Origin: Acholeplasmataceae bacterium
GTDB lineage: Bacteria; Bacillota_I; Bacilli_A; Acholeplasmatales; Acholeplasmataceae
Length of the DNA: 64,000 bases
Assembly: GCA_963667565.1 (NCBI GenBank)
Contig: OY763415.1
Span: forward strand, 480,001 to 544,000
Direction of reading: 5' to 3'
Both the position numbers and the translations under genes were made by a program. Position 1 is the first letter of the stretch. The number at the start of each line of letters is the position of its first letter. Shown one piece after another: positions 40,310-51,982 of the stretch. The notes beneath the pieces are model-generated. The model ran no database searches. It was not told the origin of the DNA and saw nothing but the letters and a program-made list of their open reading frames with translations.

Positions 40310-43009
40310 ATGGATTTTAAAGACACATTACACATGCCTAACACAGAATTTCCAATGCGTGGGAATTTAGGCCAAAGAGAAGTGGAATTTCAAAAAGAAT
40401 GGGATGCACTTGATCTTTATAACAAATTATTAGAAAAAAATAAGGATGGAGAACCCTTTGTATTACACGATGGCCCACCCTATGCTAATGGCGATATCCA
40501 TTTAGGACATGCATTAAATAAAATCTTAAAAGATTTTGTTGTAAGATATCAATCAATGATTGGTAAAAAAGCCAGATATTTACCAGGATGGGATACACAT
40601 GGACTCCCAATTGAAACAGCACTTGCAAAAAAAGGCATTAAGCGTAAAGAAATGCCGCTTTTTGAGTATCGTAAATTATGTTATGATTATGCGATGGAAC
40701 AAGTTGAAAGACAAAAAGTTCAATTTAAGCGCTTAGGTGTTTTAGGTGAATGGGATAGTCCATATATCACATTAACTAAGGATTTTGAAGCACGTCAAAT
40801 TAAAGTTTTTGCTAAAATGGTCGAAAAAGGATTAATCTATAAAGGTTTAAAGCCAGTCTATTGGTCACCATCATCAGAGTCGGCATTAGCAGAAGCAGAA
40901 ATTGAATATCAAGATCATACTTCAACATCAATTTATGTTGCATTTCCTGCAAAAACAGAAAATGAAAAATTAAAAGGCGTATCTTATCTAATTTGGACAA
41001 CGACGCCTTGGACAATTCCTGCAAACTTAGCAATATCAGTCAATCCAAATATGACTTATGTCACTGTGAAAGTCTTAGATAAGACATATGTTGTTGCACA
41101 ATCATTATTAGAAAGACTTAAAGGTTTATTAGGTTGGGAATCATATCAAGTCATAGATACATTTAAAGGTAGTGAATTAGAATTAGAACAATATATTCAC
41201 CCATTATACAATCGTATATCACCTATCATCCTTGGCGACCATGTCACTGATGAAGATGGTTCAGGTTTAGTTCATACAGCGCCAGGTCATGGGGAAGATG
41301 ATTATCGTGTGGGACGTCAATATAAGTTAGATATATTATGTCCAGTAGATGATCGTGGGTTTATGACAGATGAAGCTGGTGAACGCTTTAGTGGTATGTT
41401 TTATGAAAAAGCAAATGATGAAGTCATTGCTGCACTTGATGAATTAGGCATATTACTTAAAGCTGAAAAATTTAATCACTCATATCCACATGATTGGCGT
41501 ACTAAAAAACCTGTAATTTTTAGAGCAACTCAACAATGGTTTGCAAGTATTGATAAATTAAAAGATGATTTATTAAAAGCAGTTAAAGATGTTACATGGT
41601 TACCATCTTGGGGTGAAGTTAGATTATCAAATATGGTTATCAATCGTGAAGATTGGTGTATTTCAAGACAAAGAGCTTGGGGTGTTCCAATTCCTATTTT
41701 CTATGCGGAAAATGGTGATGCGATTTTAGAACAAGAAGTCTTAAGCCATATCAGTGATTTATTTAAAGAATTTGGATCAAATGTTTGGTATGAAAGAGAA
41801 GCCAAAGACTTGCTTCCAAAAGGATATACACATAAAGGTAGTCCAAACGGATTATTTAAAAAAGAAATGGATATCATGGATGTTTGGTTTGACTCAGGAT
41901 CTTCACATACATTACTTGAAGCAAATGATATGCCATATCCATCAGATTTATATTTAGAAGGATCAGATCAATATCGTGGATGGTTTAATTCATCACTAAT
42001 CACAGGTGTTGCAACAACTGGTCGTGCGCCTTATAAAGCCGTAGTATCACATGGATTTACACTTGACCCTCAAGGAAGAAAAATGAGTAAGTCATTAGGA
42101 AACACAGTAGATCCTATCAAAGTTATGAATGTTCAAGGGGCTGATTTATTAAGATTGTGGGTTGCTTCAGTTGATTATCAATCAGATGTTAAAAACTCTG
42201 ATGACATGATGAAACAAATCGCTGAGAGTTATCGTAAGATTAGAAACACAATCCGCTTTATTTTAGGAAATATATCTGATTTTGATCCAGACAAAGACTA
42301 TGTTGGTTTTTCAATGAGAGGTCAACTCAATCGTGTCATGACACTTAAATTTCAAGATATTGTCAATGAATGTTTAGATGCATATGATCATTATCAATTT
42401 GATAAAGTTTATCGTTCAATTGTTCCATTTATGACAAATGAACTAAGTGCTTATTATCTTGATTACACGAAAGATATTTTATATATTTTAGCTAAAAAAG
42501 ATTTTGAAAGAGTTAGTGTTCAATCAACACTATATGATATTTTATTAGGCTTACTTAAACTTTTAACACCAATCATTCCTCATACGACACATGAAGCTTA
42601 TGGTTACTTACCTAAGCAAAATGAGGCTAATATTTATTTAGAACACATGCCAGAACGAGTGAATAGTGAAAATCATCCAGTTTTAGAAGCATTTGATACA
42701 TTCTATAGTTTAAGAACTGTAGTCTTAAAAGAATTAGAAGAAGCAAGAGCACAAAAAAAGATTGGTAAATCACTACAAGCAGAAGTTGATTTAGTCGTCA
42801 CTCAAAAACAAAAAGATGCGATTGATATGCTTGATATGAAACTACACCAAGTCCTCATCGTTTCAAAAGTGAACTTATCACTAGGTAATGAACTTCAAGT
42901 TAGAGTAAAAGTTGCTGAAGGTGAAACTTGTGCAAGATGTTGGAATATTGTTGACCATGTCCATGAAGATGGTACATGTGATAGATGTCACTCAGTAGTG
43001 AGTAAATAA
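40310..43009 (+). CDS. ileS: Isoleucyl-tRNA synthetase (type 1)
   Basis: HDGPPYANG.IHLGH, WTTTPWT, KMSKS and a C-terminal CARC/CDRC Zn site. Confidence 0.97.
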   Translation: MDFKDTLHMPNTEFPMRGNLGQREVEFQKEWDALDLYNKLLEKNKDGEPFVLHDGPPYANGDIHLGHALNKILKDFVVRYQSMIGKKARYLPGWDTHGLPIETALAKKGIKRKEMPLFEYRKLCYDYAMEQVERQKVQFKRLGVLGEWDSPYITLTKDFEARQIKVFAKMVEKGLIYKGLKPVYWSPSSESALAEAEIEYQDHTSTSIYVAFPAKTENEKLKGVSYLIWTTTPWTIPANLAISVNPNMTYVTVKVLDKTYVVAQSLLERLKGLLGWESYQVIDTFKGSELELEQYIHPLYNRISPIILGDHVTDEDGSGLVHTAPGHGEDDYRVGRQYKLDILCPVDDRGFMTDEAGERFSGMFYEKANDEVIAALDELGILLKAEKFNHSYPHDWRTKKPVIFRATQQWFASIDKLKDDLLKAVKDVTWLPSWGEVRLSNMVINREDWCISRQRAWGVPIPIFYAENGDAILEQEVLSHISDLFKEFGSNVWYEREAKDLLPKGYTHKGSPNGLFKKEMDIMDVWFDSGSSHTLLEANDMPYPSDLYLEGSDQYRGWFNSSLITGVATTGRAPYKAVVSHGFTLDPQGRKMSKSLGNTVDPIKVMNVQGADLLRLWVASVDYQSDVKNSDDMMKQIAESYRKIRNTIRFILGNISDFDPDKDYVGFSMRGQLNRVMTLKFQDIVNECLDAYDHYQFDKVYRSIVPFMTNELSAYYLDYTKDILYILAKKDFERVSVQSTLYDILLGLLKLLTPIIPHTTHEAYGYLPKQNEANIYLEHMPERVNSENHPVLEAFDTFYSLRTVVLKELEEARAQKKIGKSLQAEVDLVVTQKQKDAIDMLDMKLHQVLIVSKVNLSLGNELQVRVKVAEGETCARCWNIVDHVHEDGTCDRCHSVVSK

Positions 43010-43023
43010 ATAAGGAGAAAATC

Positions 43024-43755
43024 ATGAATATTTTAGTTGTTAATGATGATGGATATGAAGCAGAGGGGCTAAAAATACTAGTCAGAGCACTTCAACCTTT
43101 TGGGAATATTTATGTTTCAGCACCAAAAAACCACCAAAGTGGAAAAAGTCATGCGATTACGTTTTCTAGACGTATTGAAACTTTTTTTACCACACCAATT
43201 ATCGGTTCAAAAGCAACACTCGTTGTAGATGGTACACCAGCAGATTCGACAAGACTTGGATTGAAATTATTCAATGTTGATTTTGATTTAGTTGTTTCAG
43301 GAATCAATTATGGCGTCAACATTGCTAAAGATGTTTTTTATTCAGGTACTGTAGCAGCTGCTTTAGAGGCTAAAATTTTAGGCGTTGATGCAATTGCAAT
43401 TTCTGCACCTACGATAGAATTACCCTATTTATATGATGAAACAGTTCAACTTATCGATGAAATTATTGATACCAAATTATATATAGGCTCAGGAATCTTA
43501 AACATCAATTTTCCAAAAGCAACATATGCAAAACCTTTAGGTGTAAGAATTACACGACAAGGGCTTAGATTGCAACATGCAGAGTTTGTGAAAAGCGAAA
43601 AACCTGACATCTATCATATTAAAGGAAGTATTATTAATTATTCGGAACATGAAGAATCAGATGTTCAAGCATTTGAAGAAGGCTATATTTCAATTACGCC
43701 TCTTCAATTTGATCGAACAAATTATGAAAGATTAAATCAAATACTAAATTCTTAA
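43024..43755 (+). CDS. surE: 5'/3'-nucleotidase SurE
   Basis: ILVVNDDG, GTPAD, SGINYGVN and YSGTVAAA. Confidence 0.93.
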   Translation: MNILVVNDDGYEAEGLKILVRALQPFGNIYVSAPKNHQSGKSHAITFSRRIETFFTTPIIGSKATLVVDGTPADSTRLGLKLFNVDFDLVVSGINYGVNIAKDVFYSGTVAAALEAKILGVDAIAISAPTIELPYLYDETVQLIDEIIDTKLYIGSGILNINFPKATYAKPLGVRITRQGLRLQHAEFVKSEKPDIYHIKGSIINYSEHEESDVQAFEEGYISITPLQFDRTNYERLNQILNS

Positions 43756-43812
43756 TCGATTGTTAATCTTTAGTTTCTATGTTAAAATATAACAAAGAGC
43801 GGTGGTGAAAAA

Positions 43813-44667
43813 ATGGCACAATTTAATATACATTTTTTTAAAGAAAAAACTAGACAAATCGATTTAGAACAACTGATTGTTTTCTTTGAAAACATTGAGG
43901 GGTTTAAAGTTGAAATGGATGAGCAAAGCGTTAGATTTATCTATGTCCATCCGAGACTTGGATACAAAGCACTTTTTATGATGACACCAAAATCTCAAGT
44001 ACCTGACATCTATCGATTAAATCCTAAGTTTTTAGACTTGAATTTTCATTTAGAACTGCCAATTTTAACACCCAATTATGTTGCTTTACAAGTCTTTGAA
44101 CTTGCTAAAAAAGTAAGTGAAAGATTTAACTTCGCAATCTATAATGAAATGTTTGAAAATGTATTAGCATTTAAAATGGATACAGTCTTTAAAGTGTTTA
44201 CGATGCTAAAAGATGCTTATATGGAAAAAAACCCTATCATTTTAAATGATTACTATTATTTGTCGACAGATAAACTCCATCTCATTTATCGTTATTTGGA
44301 TGACTATCAAGAGTTACAAAAGTATTATCAAGAACTTAATACTTATGTACCAAGATATCACTTTTTAACAACAAATAATAAAAAACTTGCACTAGCGATT
44401 GAATGGAAAGAACATACATTAACGTTATTTCCAATCGATTTAGACTATATCTTTTATAGAGTTGATCAAACCATTAAAGTTTATGATGCAAAAGAAGTTT
44501 TTGAATTAATTGAAAAATATTTAATTGATGTTCCCGGTTTTATTAAAGGAACAAAAGTGATGACTAAAAAAACAGCGAAAAAAGTTCATAAGATCATCAG
44601 AAAAGCAAAACTTAAGGATATGGATGATCAATTTAAACGTGCTGAACTACGATTTATGATTGATTAG
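43813..44667 (+). CDS. Hypothetical protein
   Basis: 284-aa ORF with an RBS and genome-typical codon usage; family not recognised. Confidence 0.7.
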   Translation: MAQFNIHFFKEKTRQIDLEQLIVFFENIEGFKVEMDEQSVRFIYVHPRLGYKALFMMTPKSQVPDIYRLNPKFLDLNFHLELPILTPNYVALQVFELAKKVSERFNFAIYNEMFENVLAFKMDTVFKVFTMLKDAYMEKNPIILNDYYYLSTDKLHLIYRYLDDYQELQKYYQELNTYVPRYHFLTTNNKKLALAIEWKEHTLTLFPIDLDYIFYRVDQTIKVYDAKEVFELIEKYLIDVPGFIKGTKVMTKKTAKKVHKIIRKAKLKDMDDQFKRAELRFMID

Positions 44668-44675
44668 TATTAAAT

Positions 44676-45338
44676 ATGAGATTAGTAGAACATATTATAG
44701 GATTCATTGTATTATCACTAGGCATTGTATTTGTTATTAATGCAAAACTTGGTGCAGGATCAATGGATGCCTTTAATTATTACTTAACACAACTGATTAA
44801 AGATGACGCAAATATCATTACACTTGGACGCGTTGCAATTTTGAATGGGACGTTTGCAGCAGTGTTAGCATATTTGATTTCTAAAGATAAAAAAGTATTT
44901 ATCAGTTTAATCTACATTTTTATTGTAGGTAACTTCATTGATATGTGGCAATGGGCATTTAATTATGTACCAGTAAACATCTATGATCAATTGCATGAAA
45001 GACTCATTCTTTCATCATTTGGTGTTATTATTATCAGCTTTGGTGTAGCAATGACACTCATGTCTGGTCATAGACCTTCACCATTTGAAAGTTTACTGAT
45101 GTCACTTGATAAAAAAATAGGTAATATCGCAATAACAAAAATATTGATTGATGGTAGTTATTTAATTGCTGCATTCATCTTAGGATTTATTTATGGTCAT
45201 GTCTTTGAGCAAATAGGTCTTTTTACCATCGTATTAACATTTTTAACAGGCGTTTTAGTAAAGCATTTTTCGAATCAAATACATAGATTCAAATCTAGAA
45301 AAGGAGCGAAAGAAAATGTTATTAAACAAACATATTGA
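44676..45338 (+). CDS. YczE/YitT-like membrane protein
   Basis: AKLGAGSMD, PSPFE and IGLFTI repeats. Confidence 0.75.
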   Translation: MRLVEHIIGFIVLSLGIVFVINAKLGAGSMDAFNYYLTQLIKDDANIITLGRVAILNGTFAAVLAYLISKDKKVFISLIYIFIVGNFIDMWQWAFNYVPVNIYDQLHERLILSSFGVIIISFGVAMTLMSGHRPSPFESLLMSLDKKIGNIAITKILIDGSYLIAAFILGFIYGHVFEQIGLFTIVLTFLTGVLVKHFSNQIHRFKSRKGAKENVIKQTY

Positions 45339-45990
45339 TCACACTAAGTTAGGTGCTAATGTTTCAAAAGCACAAATTGATCAATTAATTGAGGAAGCAA
45401 TCAAATATGATTTTAAGAGTGTTTGTGTTAATCCAATATGGGTAAAACATGCAAATCACAAACTTAAAAAAACAACCGTATTAACATGTACAGTGATTGG
45501 TTTCCCACACGGTACACATCAACCAAATGTAAAGAGATATGAAGCAGAACAAGCAGTGTTGGATGGTGCAGAAGAATTAGATATGGTGATTAATGTAGAA
45601 GCTTTGAAGGCAAAAGATTATCATACAATTCATGAAGAAATCAAAGGTGTTGTTGAAGCAGCTGATGGACTTGTCGTTAAAGTGATTTTAGAAACATGTT
45701 ATTTAACAGATGAAGAAATTGTTAAAGCATGTGAAATTGCAGTCCATGAAGGTGCTAATTTTGTCAAAACATCAACTGGTTTTGGTACACATGGTGCAAC
45801 AGTTGAACATGTGCGCTTAATGAAAGAAACAGTCAAAGATAACGCTGAAGTTAAAGCTAGCGGTGGGGTTAGAACATACGAACAAGCCATGGTTATGATT
45901 GAAGCTGGTGCGACACGTATTGGAACTTCAAATGGCGTTCAAATTATGGAAAGAGAAGGAAAAAATAATGATTCCAACAGCTCATATTGA
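45316..45990 (+). CDS. deoC: Deoxyribose-phosphate aldolase
   Basis: IDHT, VIGFPHG, KVILET, FVKTSTGF, KASGG and RIGTS. Confidence 0.95.
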   Translation: MLLNKHIDHTKLGANVSKAQIDQLIEEAIKYDFKSVCVNPIWVKHANHKLKKTTVLTCTVIGFPHGTHQPNVKRYEAEQAVLDGAEELDMVINVEALKAKDYHTIHEEIKGVVEAADGLVVKVILETCYLTDEEIVKACEIAVHEGANFVKTSTGFGTHGATVEHVRLMKETVKDNAEVKASGGVRTYEQAMVMIEAGATRIGTSNGVQIMEREGKNNDSNSSY

Positions 45991-46678
45991 GTTAGATAAC
46001 AAAGATTTAATTGCAAAAACAGTATTGATGCCTGGTGATCCACTAAGAGCTAAATTTATTGCTGAAACATATCTTACAAAAGTAGTTCAAATCAATGGTG
46101 TAAGAAATATGTTTGGTTATACTGGATACTATGGTAAAAAAAGAGTCACAGTTTTTGGCTCTGGTATGGGTATGCCAAGTATAGGTATTTATTCATATGA
46201 ATTATTTAATTTCTATGGTGTAGAAAACATTATTAGAATTGGTTCATGTGGAGCTTATAGTCCAGAACTTAAGATTTATGATGTTTTACTTGCAACAGAA
46301 GCTGTCTCTGAGTCTTCATATGCAAAAACAATGGGCGTGACTTCAAGTAAAAAACTAAAAGCAAATAAGGCTTTAAATAATAAAATTTTAAAAGCAAGTG
46401 AAAAAACAGGTATTAAAGTAAGACCTTCAGTTATCCATTCATCTGATGTTTTTTATAGACTTAAAGGTGATGATTATAAAGTGCTTGTTGAAAAATATGG
46501 TGTAGAAGCTGTAGAAATGGAAAGTTTTGCTTTGTTTGCAAATGCAAAAGCATTAGGTAAAAGAGCTGCTTGTTTATTAACTGTTTCTGATTCATTTGTT
46601 ACACATGAAGCAACGACTGCACAAGAAAGACAAGAAGCTTTCACACATATGATGGAAGTAGCTTTAAATAGTATTTAA
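45968..46678 (+). CDS. deoD: Purine nucleoside phosphorylase
   Basis: PTAHI, MPGDPLRAKFIAE, GMGMPSIGIY and VEMES. Confidence 0.95.
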   Translation: MIPTAHIELDNKDLIAKTVLMPGDPLRAKFIAETYLTKVVQINGVRNMFGYTGYYGKKRVTVFGSGMGMPSIGIYSYELFNFYGVENIIRIGSCGAYSPELKIYDVLLATEAVSESSYAKTMGVTSSKKLKANKALNNKILKASEKTGIKVRPSVIHSSDVFYRLKGDDYKVLVEKYGVEAVEMESFALFANAKALGKRAACLLTVSDSFVTHEATTAQERQEAFTHMMEVALNSI

Positions 46679-47883
46679 TGAAATTTATTCAAAGCGATTT
46701 TAAAACGATACAAGTCAGTCTTTACATGATCGATTATGATGATGTTAAAAAGCGAGCGTATCGTTTTTTATTACCCAAACTGCTTACATCACACACAGAA
46801 AAATTTAATACAAGATTAGACATGAGTAAACATTTACAAGATTTATATGGTGCTTTATTGGGTGGAAGAACATATTATCTTGCAAATCTGAATGTGATTA
46901 ACATTGCATGTCAAATCGTAAATCCACAAATCGTCAATGAATCAGAATTATTAAAAGAGACAATTGACTTATTTTTAGACATGCTTGATCGAAAAACGTT
47001 ATTTAATGAGATGATATTTAATGAAGAAAAGCGAATGCTTATTGAACAATGGGATTCAATCAAGGATCAAAAGAGACTTTATGCAAACACTAAATTTAGT
47101 GCATCTTTTTATGGCAAACATCCTTTTGGTTATCCGCATAGTGGATACAAAGAAGACATAGAAGCAATCACACTTGAACAAATGTATGATTACTTTAAAG
47201 ACATCATCTCTACAAATACCATAAGATTTTATATCAATGGATATACAAGTGATCAAGAGATACTAAAAAAACTTGAAGCATTTGAACAGTATAAAAAACA
47301 TGAAATCAAATTTTCGCAAGTTGTTTTTGATGAACCTAAAAATGTAGTTGAAACATTGGATATGAAACAATCTATGATTAAAATAGGTTATGAACTTCCT
47401 GTTTTTAGAAATAATCCGTTATATGAAGCAGCAACCATGCTTGATTTAATGATCGGTGGTTATGTTGAAAGTCTTATGTTTAAAGTCATTAGAGAAGAGA
47501 TGGGCTTATGTTATGATGTAAGATCTTCATATGATTCGACACAAGGTGTCATGGTCATCTCAAGCGGTGTTGATCAAAGGAGAACCGATGAAGCTATTTT
47601 TCATATGAAGAAAATGATAGAATCACCGCTTAACTATGAGTTTAATGAAGAAAAATTAGAACTTGCTAAACAGTTTGTTACACATCAGATAAAGAGCAGT
47701 TATGATGATCAAAGTGCGATGACTAGTCGTTCATTTTATGATGATCTTTATCATAAAAATCTAACTATGGAAGAAAAGATTAACAGATTTCTAAATGTTA
47801 CATTTGAAGATGTTTTGCTTGCACATAAAAAATTAAAATTAAACACAGTTTATGTACTTACAGGTGATAATCATGATCATTAA
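46678..47883 (+). CDS. M16 peptidase, non-catalytic subunit (YmfF-like)
   Basis: FKVIREEMGLCY motif; no HxxEH; paired with the next gene. Confidence 0.8.
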   Translation: MKFIQSDFKTIQVSLYMIDYDDVKKRAYRFLLPKLLTSHTEKFNTRLDMSKHLQDLYGALLGGRTYYLANLNVINIACQIVNPQIVNESELLKETIDLFLDMLDRKTLFNEMIFNEEKRMLIEQWDSIKDQKRLYANTKFSASFYGKHPFGYPHSGYKEDIEAITLEQMYDYFKDIISTNTIRFYINGYTSDQEILKKLEAFEQYKKHEIKFSQVVFDEPKNVVETLDMKQSMIKIGYELPVFRNNPLYEAATMLDLMIGGYVESLMFKVIREEMGLCYDVRSSYDSTQGVMVISSGVDQRRTDEAIFHMKKMIESPLNYEFNEEKLELAKQFVTHQIKSSYDDQSAMTSRSFYDDLYHKNLTMEEKINRFLNVTFEDVLLAHKKLKLNTVYVLTGDNHDH

Positions 47884-49141
47884 AGAAGATAAAAGATTTA
47901 ATGAAAAAGTATATATATTAAAATTAAAAAATGGCATGCAAGTTCACATGTTACCTAAAGAAACGCCTTATTTTTCAACTTATGTTGAATTAAGTATGCC
48001 TTATGGTTCAAATCATCTTGATTATGCAATTGATGGAACAAACTATCAATTACCTGCAGGAAGTGCGCATTTTATGGAACATAAAATATTTGCCATGCCT
48101 TATGGTGACGCCTTTATTGAATTTTCAAATTTAGGTGTTGATGCGAATGCGATGACTTCTTATCAGCAAACGTCATATTTATTTAATGCAACCTCTCATG
48201 TGGAAGATGCATTAAAATTATTACTAGATATGTTAGATACACCTTATTTTACAGATGAAAATATCATTGCTGAAGAAAAAATCATAGCCGAAGAATTAAA
48301 AATGTATTTAGATGACATCGAAAATGTTATCTATCAGGATTTAATGTCAGCAATGTATAAAAATCATCCATTTAAAGAAGATATAGGTGGCACTTTAGAT
48401 TCTATTAAAGAAGTTGATAAAGATGTCCTAAATCGAATTCATCGTCATTTTTATCATCCATCTAATCGCTTAATTGTAATTTCTGGGCATATTGATATCA
48501 AGCAAATGAAGGCTTTCTTTAAAGCATACGATCAAAGTGTAAAAGAGATACTTCCAAAAATTAAATATGCATATGAGCCTAAAACGGTTGTTACTAAAGA
48601 AACTATTAAAATAAAAGATGTTTCAATTTCTAAAATGGTACTTGGTTATAAATTACCTTTATCATATAGAACAGGTTTAGAACAAATCAAACAAGAAATG
48701 ATTTATGGATTACTTTTTAATCTTATACTTGGTCCATCATCAATTCTTTATCATCGACTACTTAGCGAGCATAAAATTAATAAGAATTTCTATATGTCAC
48801 AGACATTTGAAGGGCATTTTGGACATTTTGTTGTGTTTGCTGATTCAAAAGATCCAATAGAACTTAAAGATTATTTAATTAAACAATTTGAAGAAGTCAA
48901 AGAAGATTCACTGACTAAAGAAGCATTCGAAAGATATTTAAAAGTTTATATTGGACAATTTGTATTCGCATTAAATCAAAATGACCATAAAGCATATATG
49001 TATGGAAAATATATACATAAAGGTACACATCTATTTGATGTCATTGACACGATAGCATCAATTAAATTTGAGGATATATTAAAAGCTTATGATGTGTTTA
49101 TTCATGCTTCATTTGCTTATGTCATTTATAAAAAGGACTAA
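47873..49141 (+). CDS. M16 zinc peptidase (YmfH-like)
   Basis: GSAHFMEHKIF, NAMTS and EEKIIAEELKMY. Confidence 0.88.
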   Translation: MIIKEDKRFNEKVYILKLKNGMQVHMLPKETPYFSTYVELSMPYGSNHLDYAIDGTNYQLPAGSAHFMEHKIFAMPYGDAFIEFSNLGVDANAMTSYQQTSYLFNATSHVEDALKLLLDMLDTPYFTDENIIAEEKIIAEELKMYLDDIENVIYQDLMSAMYKNHPFKEDIGGTLDSIKEVDKDVLNRIHRHFYHPSNRLIVISGHIDIKQMKAFFKAYDQSVKEILPKIKYAYEPKTVVTKETIKIKDVSISKMVLGYKLPLSYRTGLEQIKQEMIYGLLFNLILGPSSILYHRLLSEHKINKNFYMSQTFEGHFGHFVVFADSKDPIELKDYLIKQFEEVKEDSLTKEAFERYLKVYIGQFVFALNQNDHKAYMYGKYIHKGTHLFDVIDTIASIKFEDILKAYDVFIHASFAYVIYKKD

Positions 49142-49303
49142 ATTAAGTCCTTTTTTTATAGATATATATCGTTTATTAAATGATTAGAGGTTGTATCTAA
49201 AGTTTGACTGAAAATATAGATTTGAGCTAAGAATCATCTTTAAATGTGTCATTAGTTTAATCGAAATCTTCCTTTTATAATGCACTTAAAAGGAGATGAA
49301 TAT

Positions 49304-49660
49304 ATGTTAAATCAGTTAATACTTATTGGAAGATTAACCCACGACCCCGAAATTAAAGTTCTACCAGACGGTAGAAAAGTAAGTGAAGTTGTGATTGCAG
49401 TACAAAGAAGTTATAAAAATATGGATGGTCAGTACGAAACTGACTTCATCAAAATCAGTTTATGGGAAGGGCTTGCTACAGCAGTTGAGAGTTATTGTAA
49501 AAAAGGTGTGATGATTGCTGTAAAAGCAAGACTACAAACCTATAAACTTGAAATTGAAGATGAACGAAAAATAAATATGCTTGAAGTCATAGGTGAAAGA
49601 GTAACATTTTTATCATCAGCAAACAAAACAGATGTAGAATTAGAAGAAAAAGTTCAATAA
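49304..49660 (+). CDS. ssb: Single-stranded DNA-binding protein, short form
   Basis: MLNQLILIGRLTHDPE and ETDFI; 118 aa; RBS AAGGAG. Confidence 0.88.
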   Translation: MLNQLILIGRLTHDPEIKVLPDGRKVSEVVIAVQRSYKNMDGQYETDFIKISLWEGLATAVESYCKKGVMIAVKARLQTYKLEIEDERKINMLEVIGERVTFLSSANKTDVELEEKVQ

Positions 49661-49725
49661 AATGAACTTTTTTCATTTAAAAACATTGATAAATTATGTT
49701 AAAATAATTTAAGGAGATGATATCA

Positions 49726-51105
49726 ATGAGTTTTGATTTTGCAAAAGAAGTATTAAAAAGAAAACAACAAATTATAGATGATTTAACAGGGTTGATTAAG
49801 ATTAATTCTGAACTGACTACATATGATCCTAACCGTAAAGGAGCACCTTTTGGTGAAGGTATCAAAGAATCACTGGATTACATGATTGCTCTTGGAGCAA
49901 AAGATGGATTTGAAACGATCAATTTAGATGGTTATGCAGGTCATATTGAATATGGAAAACAAAAAGAATATGTAGGAATGATTGGACATTTAGATGTGGT
50001 TCCTGCAGGAAACGATTGGACATATGATCCTTATGGTGCTGAAATTCATGATGGTCTTATGTATGGACGTGGAACTGAAGATGACAAAGGTCCTACAATT
50101 GCAGCATATTATGCTATGAAAATTCTTAAAGAATTAAATGTTGATTTATCAAAAAGAATTAAATTGGTTTTAGGAACAGATGAAGAAACTGCTTGGCGTG
50201 GTGTGAGACATTATTTTAGTTTATATCCAGAAATGCCTGTTTCAGGATTTATTCCAGATGCTGATTTTCCACTTATTTATGCAGAAAAAGGAATTTCTAG
50301 AATATTTATTAAAGGTGTTTTAGAAGATACTGATTTATTATTTGTTCAAGGTGGATTTAGAGATAATATGGTCCCTGACTATGCTGAGGCTAAGCTCAAA
50401 CCTTCAAAAGATTATGCAGGTATGTTTGCTTTATTTTTAGAAAATAATGATTATCAAGGCGAAAGCAAAACAGAAGATGATCATGTATATATTAAAGTTG
50501 TTGGTAAATCTGCACATGGCTCTACACCACAATTTGGTGTGAATGCGATTGACTTGCTATTTAAATTCTTAAAAGAAGCTTTAGTCAAATCGCCAGTCGT
50601 TGATTTAGTCAATGATTTATTAATTGATGATTTTTTAGGTGAAAAATTAGGCGTTGCTTATCATGATGAAGAAATGGGAGATTTAACAAACAATTTCGGT
50701 GTGATTAAAACATTAGGTGATACATATCAAATTAGTTTGAATCTTCGTTATCCAAATGGTGTCATCTTTGATGATGTTGTAGAAAAAATCAAAGAAAAAG
50801 CTGCACCATATTTTGCTGAAGTAGATGTTGATAATCATCAAGCTCTTTTATATGAGGATCCAAATTCACCACTTGTTAAAACGTTAATGGATGTTTATCG
50901 TAAGCATTCACATGATAAACATGCACAACCAATCACTATTGGTGGTGGTACATTTGCAAGAGCAATGAAAAATACAGTTGCTTTTGGTCCACATTTTTTA
51001 GATAAACCAACTTATATTCATCAAAAAAATGAATTTATTGATTTAGACGATTTCTTTAAAGCAATCATTATTTATACAGAAGCATTATACGAACTCGCAA
51101 AATAA
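49726..51105 (+). CDS. pepV: Dipeptidase PepV (M20)
   Basis: [31 protein letters not shown] and HQKNE. Confidence 0.88.
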   Translation: MSFDFAKEVLKRKQQIIDDLTGLIKINSELTTYDPNRKGAPFGEGIKESLDYMIALGAKDGFETINLDGYAGHIEYGKQKEYVGMIGHLDVVPAGNDWTYDPYGAEIHDGLMYGRGTEDDKGPTIAAYYAMKILKELNVDLSKRIKLVLGTDEETAWRGVRHYFSLYPEMPVSGFIPDADFPLIYAEKGISRIFIKGVLEDTDLLFVQGGFRDNMVPDYAEAKLKPSKDYAGMFALFLENNDYQGESKTEDDHVYIKVVGKSAHGSTPQFGVNAIDLLFKFLKEALVKSPVVDLVNDLLIDDFLGEKLGVAYHDEEMGDLTNNFGVIKTLGDTYQISLNLRYPNGVIFDDVVEKIKEKAAPYFAEVDVDNHQALLYEDPNSPLVKTLMDVYRKHSHDKHAQPITIGGGTFARAMKNTVAFGPHFLDKPTYIHQKNEFIDLDDFFKAIIIYTEALYELAK

Positions 51106-51115
51106 GGAGGTTTCT

Positions 51116-51982
51116 ATGAAACCCTATTTAGAATTATGCAAATATGTATTAGATCATGGTACATTTAAAATGGATCGTACTCAAACTGGGACGTATTCAG
51201 TATTTGGTTATCAAATGCGCTTTGATTTAAATGAAGGTTTCCCTCTTTTAACAACTAAGAAAGTGCATTTAAAGTCTATTATCCATGAATTATTATGGTT
51301 TATTAAAGGGGATACTAACATTAAATACTTAGTAGATCATAATGTAAGAATTTGGAATGACTGGCCATATGCCACTTATAAAAAAAGTCAAGATTATCAA
51401 GGCGAGTCCATGGATGAATTTGTCGAAAAAATCAGAACTGATGAAAAGTTTGCATCTATTTATGGTGATTTAGGACCTGTTTATGGTGCACAATGGCGAA
51501 ATTTTAATGGTGTTGACCAAATACAATATATTTTAGATGAGTTAAAAGAAAATCCTGCATCAAGACGTATGATTTTATCTGCTTGGAATCCAGCAGAAAT
51601 TTCTGACATGGCATTACCTCCATGTCATACACTCATTCAATTTTATGTTGCAGATGGTAAACTTTCACTACAACTTTATCAAAGAAGTGCTGATATTTTC
51701 CTTGGTGTACCATTTAATATTGCATCATATGCATTATTACTTATGATGGTTGCCCAAGTGACTGGATTTGAAGTTGGAGAATTTGTTCATACATTAGGTG
51801 ATGCGCATATTTACCAAAATCACTTAGAACAAATTAAGCTACAATTGTCTAGAACGCCTAAAAAACGCCCAATAATGCATTTAAATAAAGAAGTTAAGTC
51901 TTTATATGATTTCACATTTGAAGACTTTAAATTAGAAAATTATGAGCCATATCCTGCAATTAAAGGAAAAGTAGCTGTATGA
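51116..51982 (+). CDS. thyA: Thymidylate synthase
   Basis: DRTQTGT, ELLWF, MALPPCH and [18 protein letters not shown]. Confidence 0.97.
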   Translation: MKPYLELCKYVLDHGTFKMDRTQTGTYSVFGYQMRFDLNEGFPLLTTKKVHLKSIIHELLWFIKGDTNIKYLVDHNVRIWNDWPYATYKKSQDYQGESMDEFVEKIRTDEKFASIYGDLGPVYGAQWRNFNGVDQIQYILDELKENPASRRMILSAWNPAEISDMALPPCHTLIQFYVADGKLSLQLYQRSADIFLGVPFNIASYALLLMMVAQVTGFEVGEFVHTLGDAHIYQNHLEQIKLQLSRTPKKRPIMHLNKEVKSLYDFTFEDFKLENYEPYPAIKGKVAV

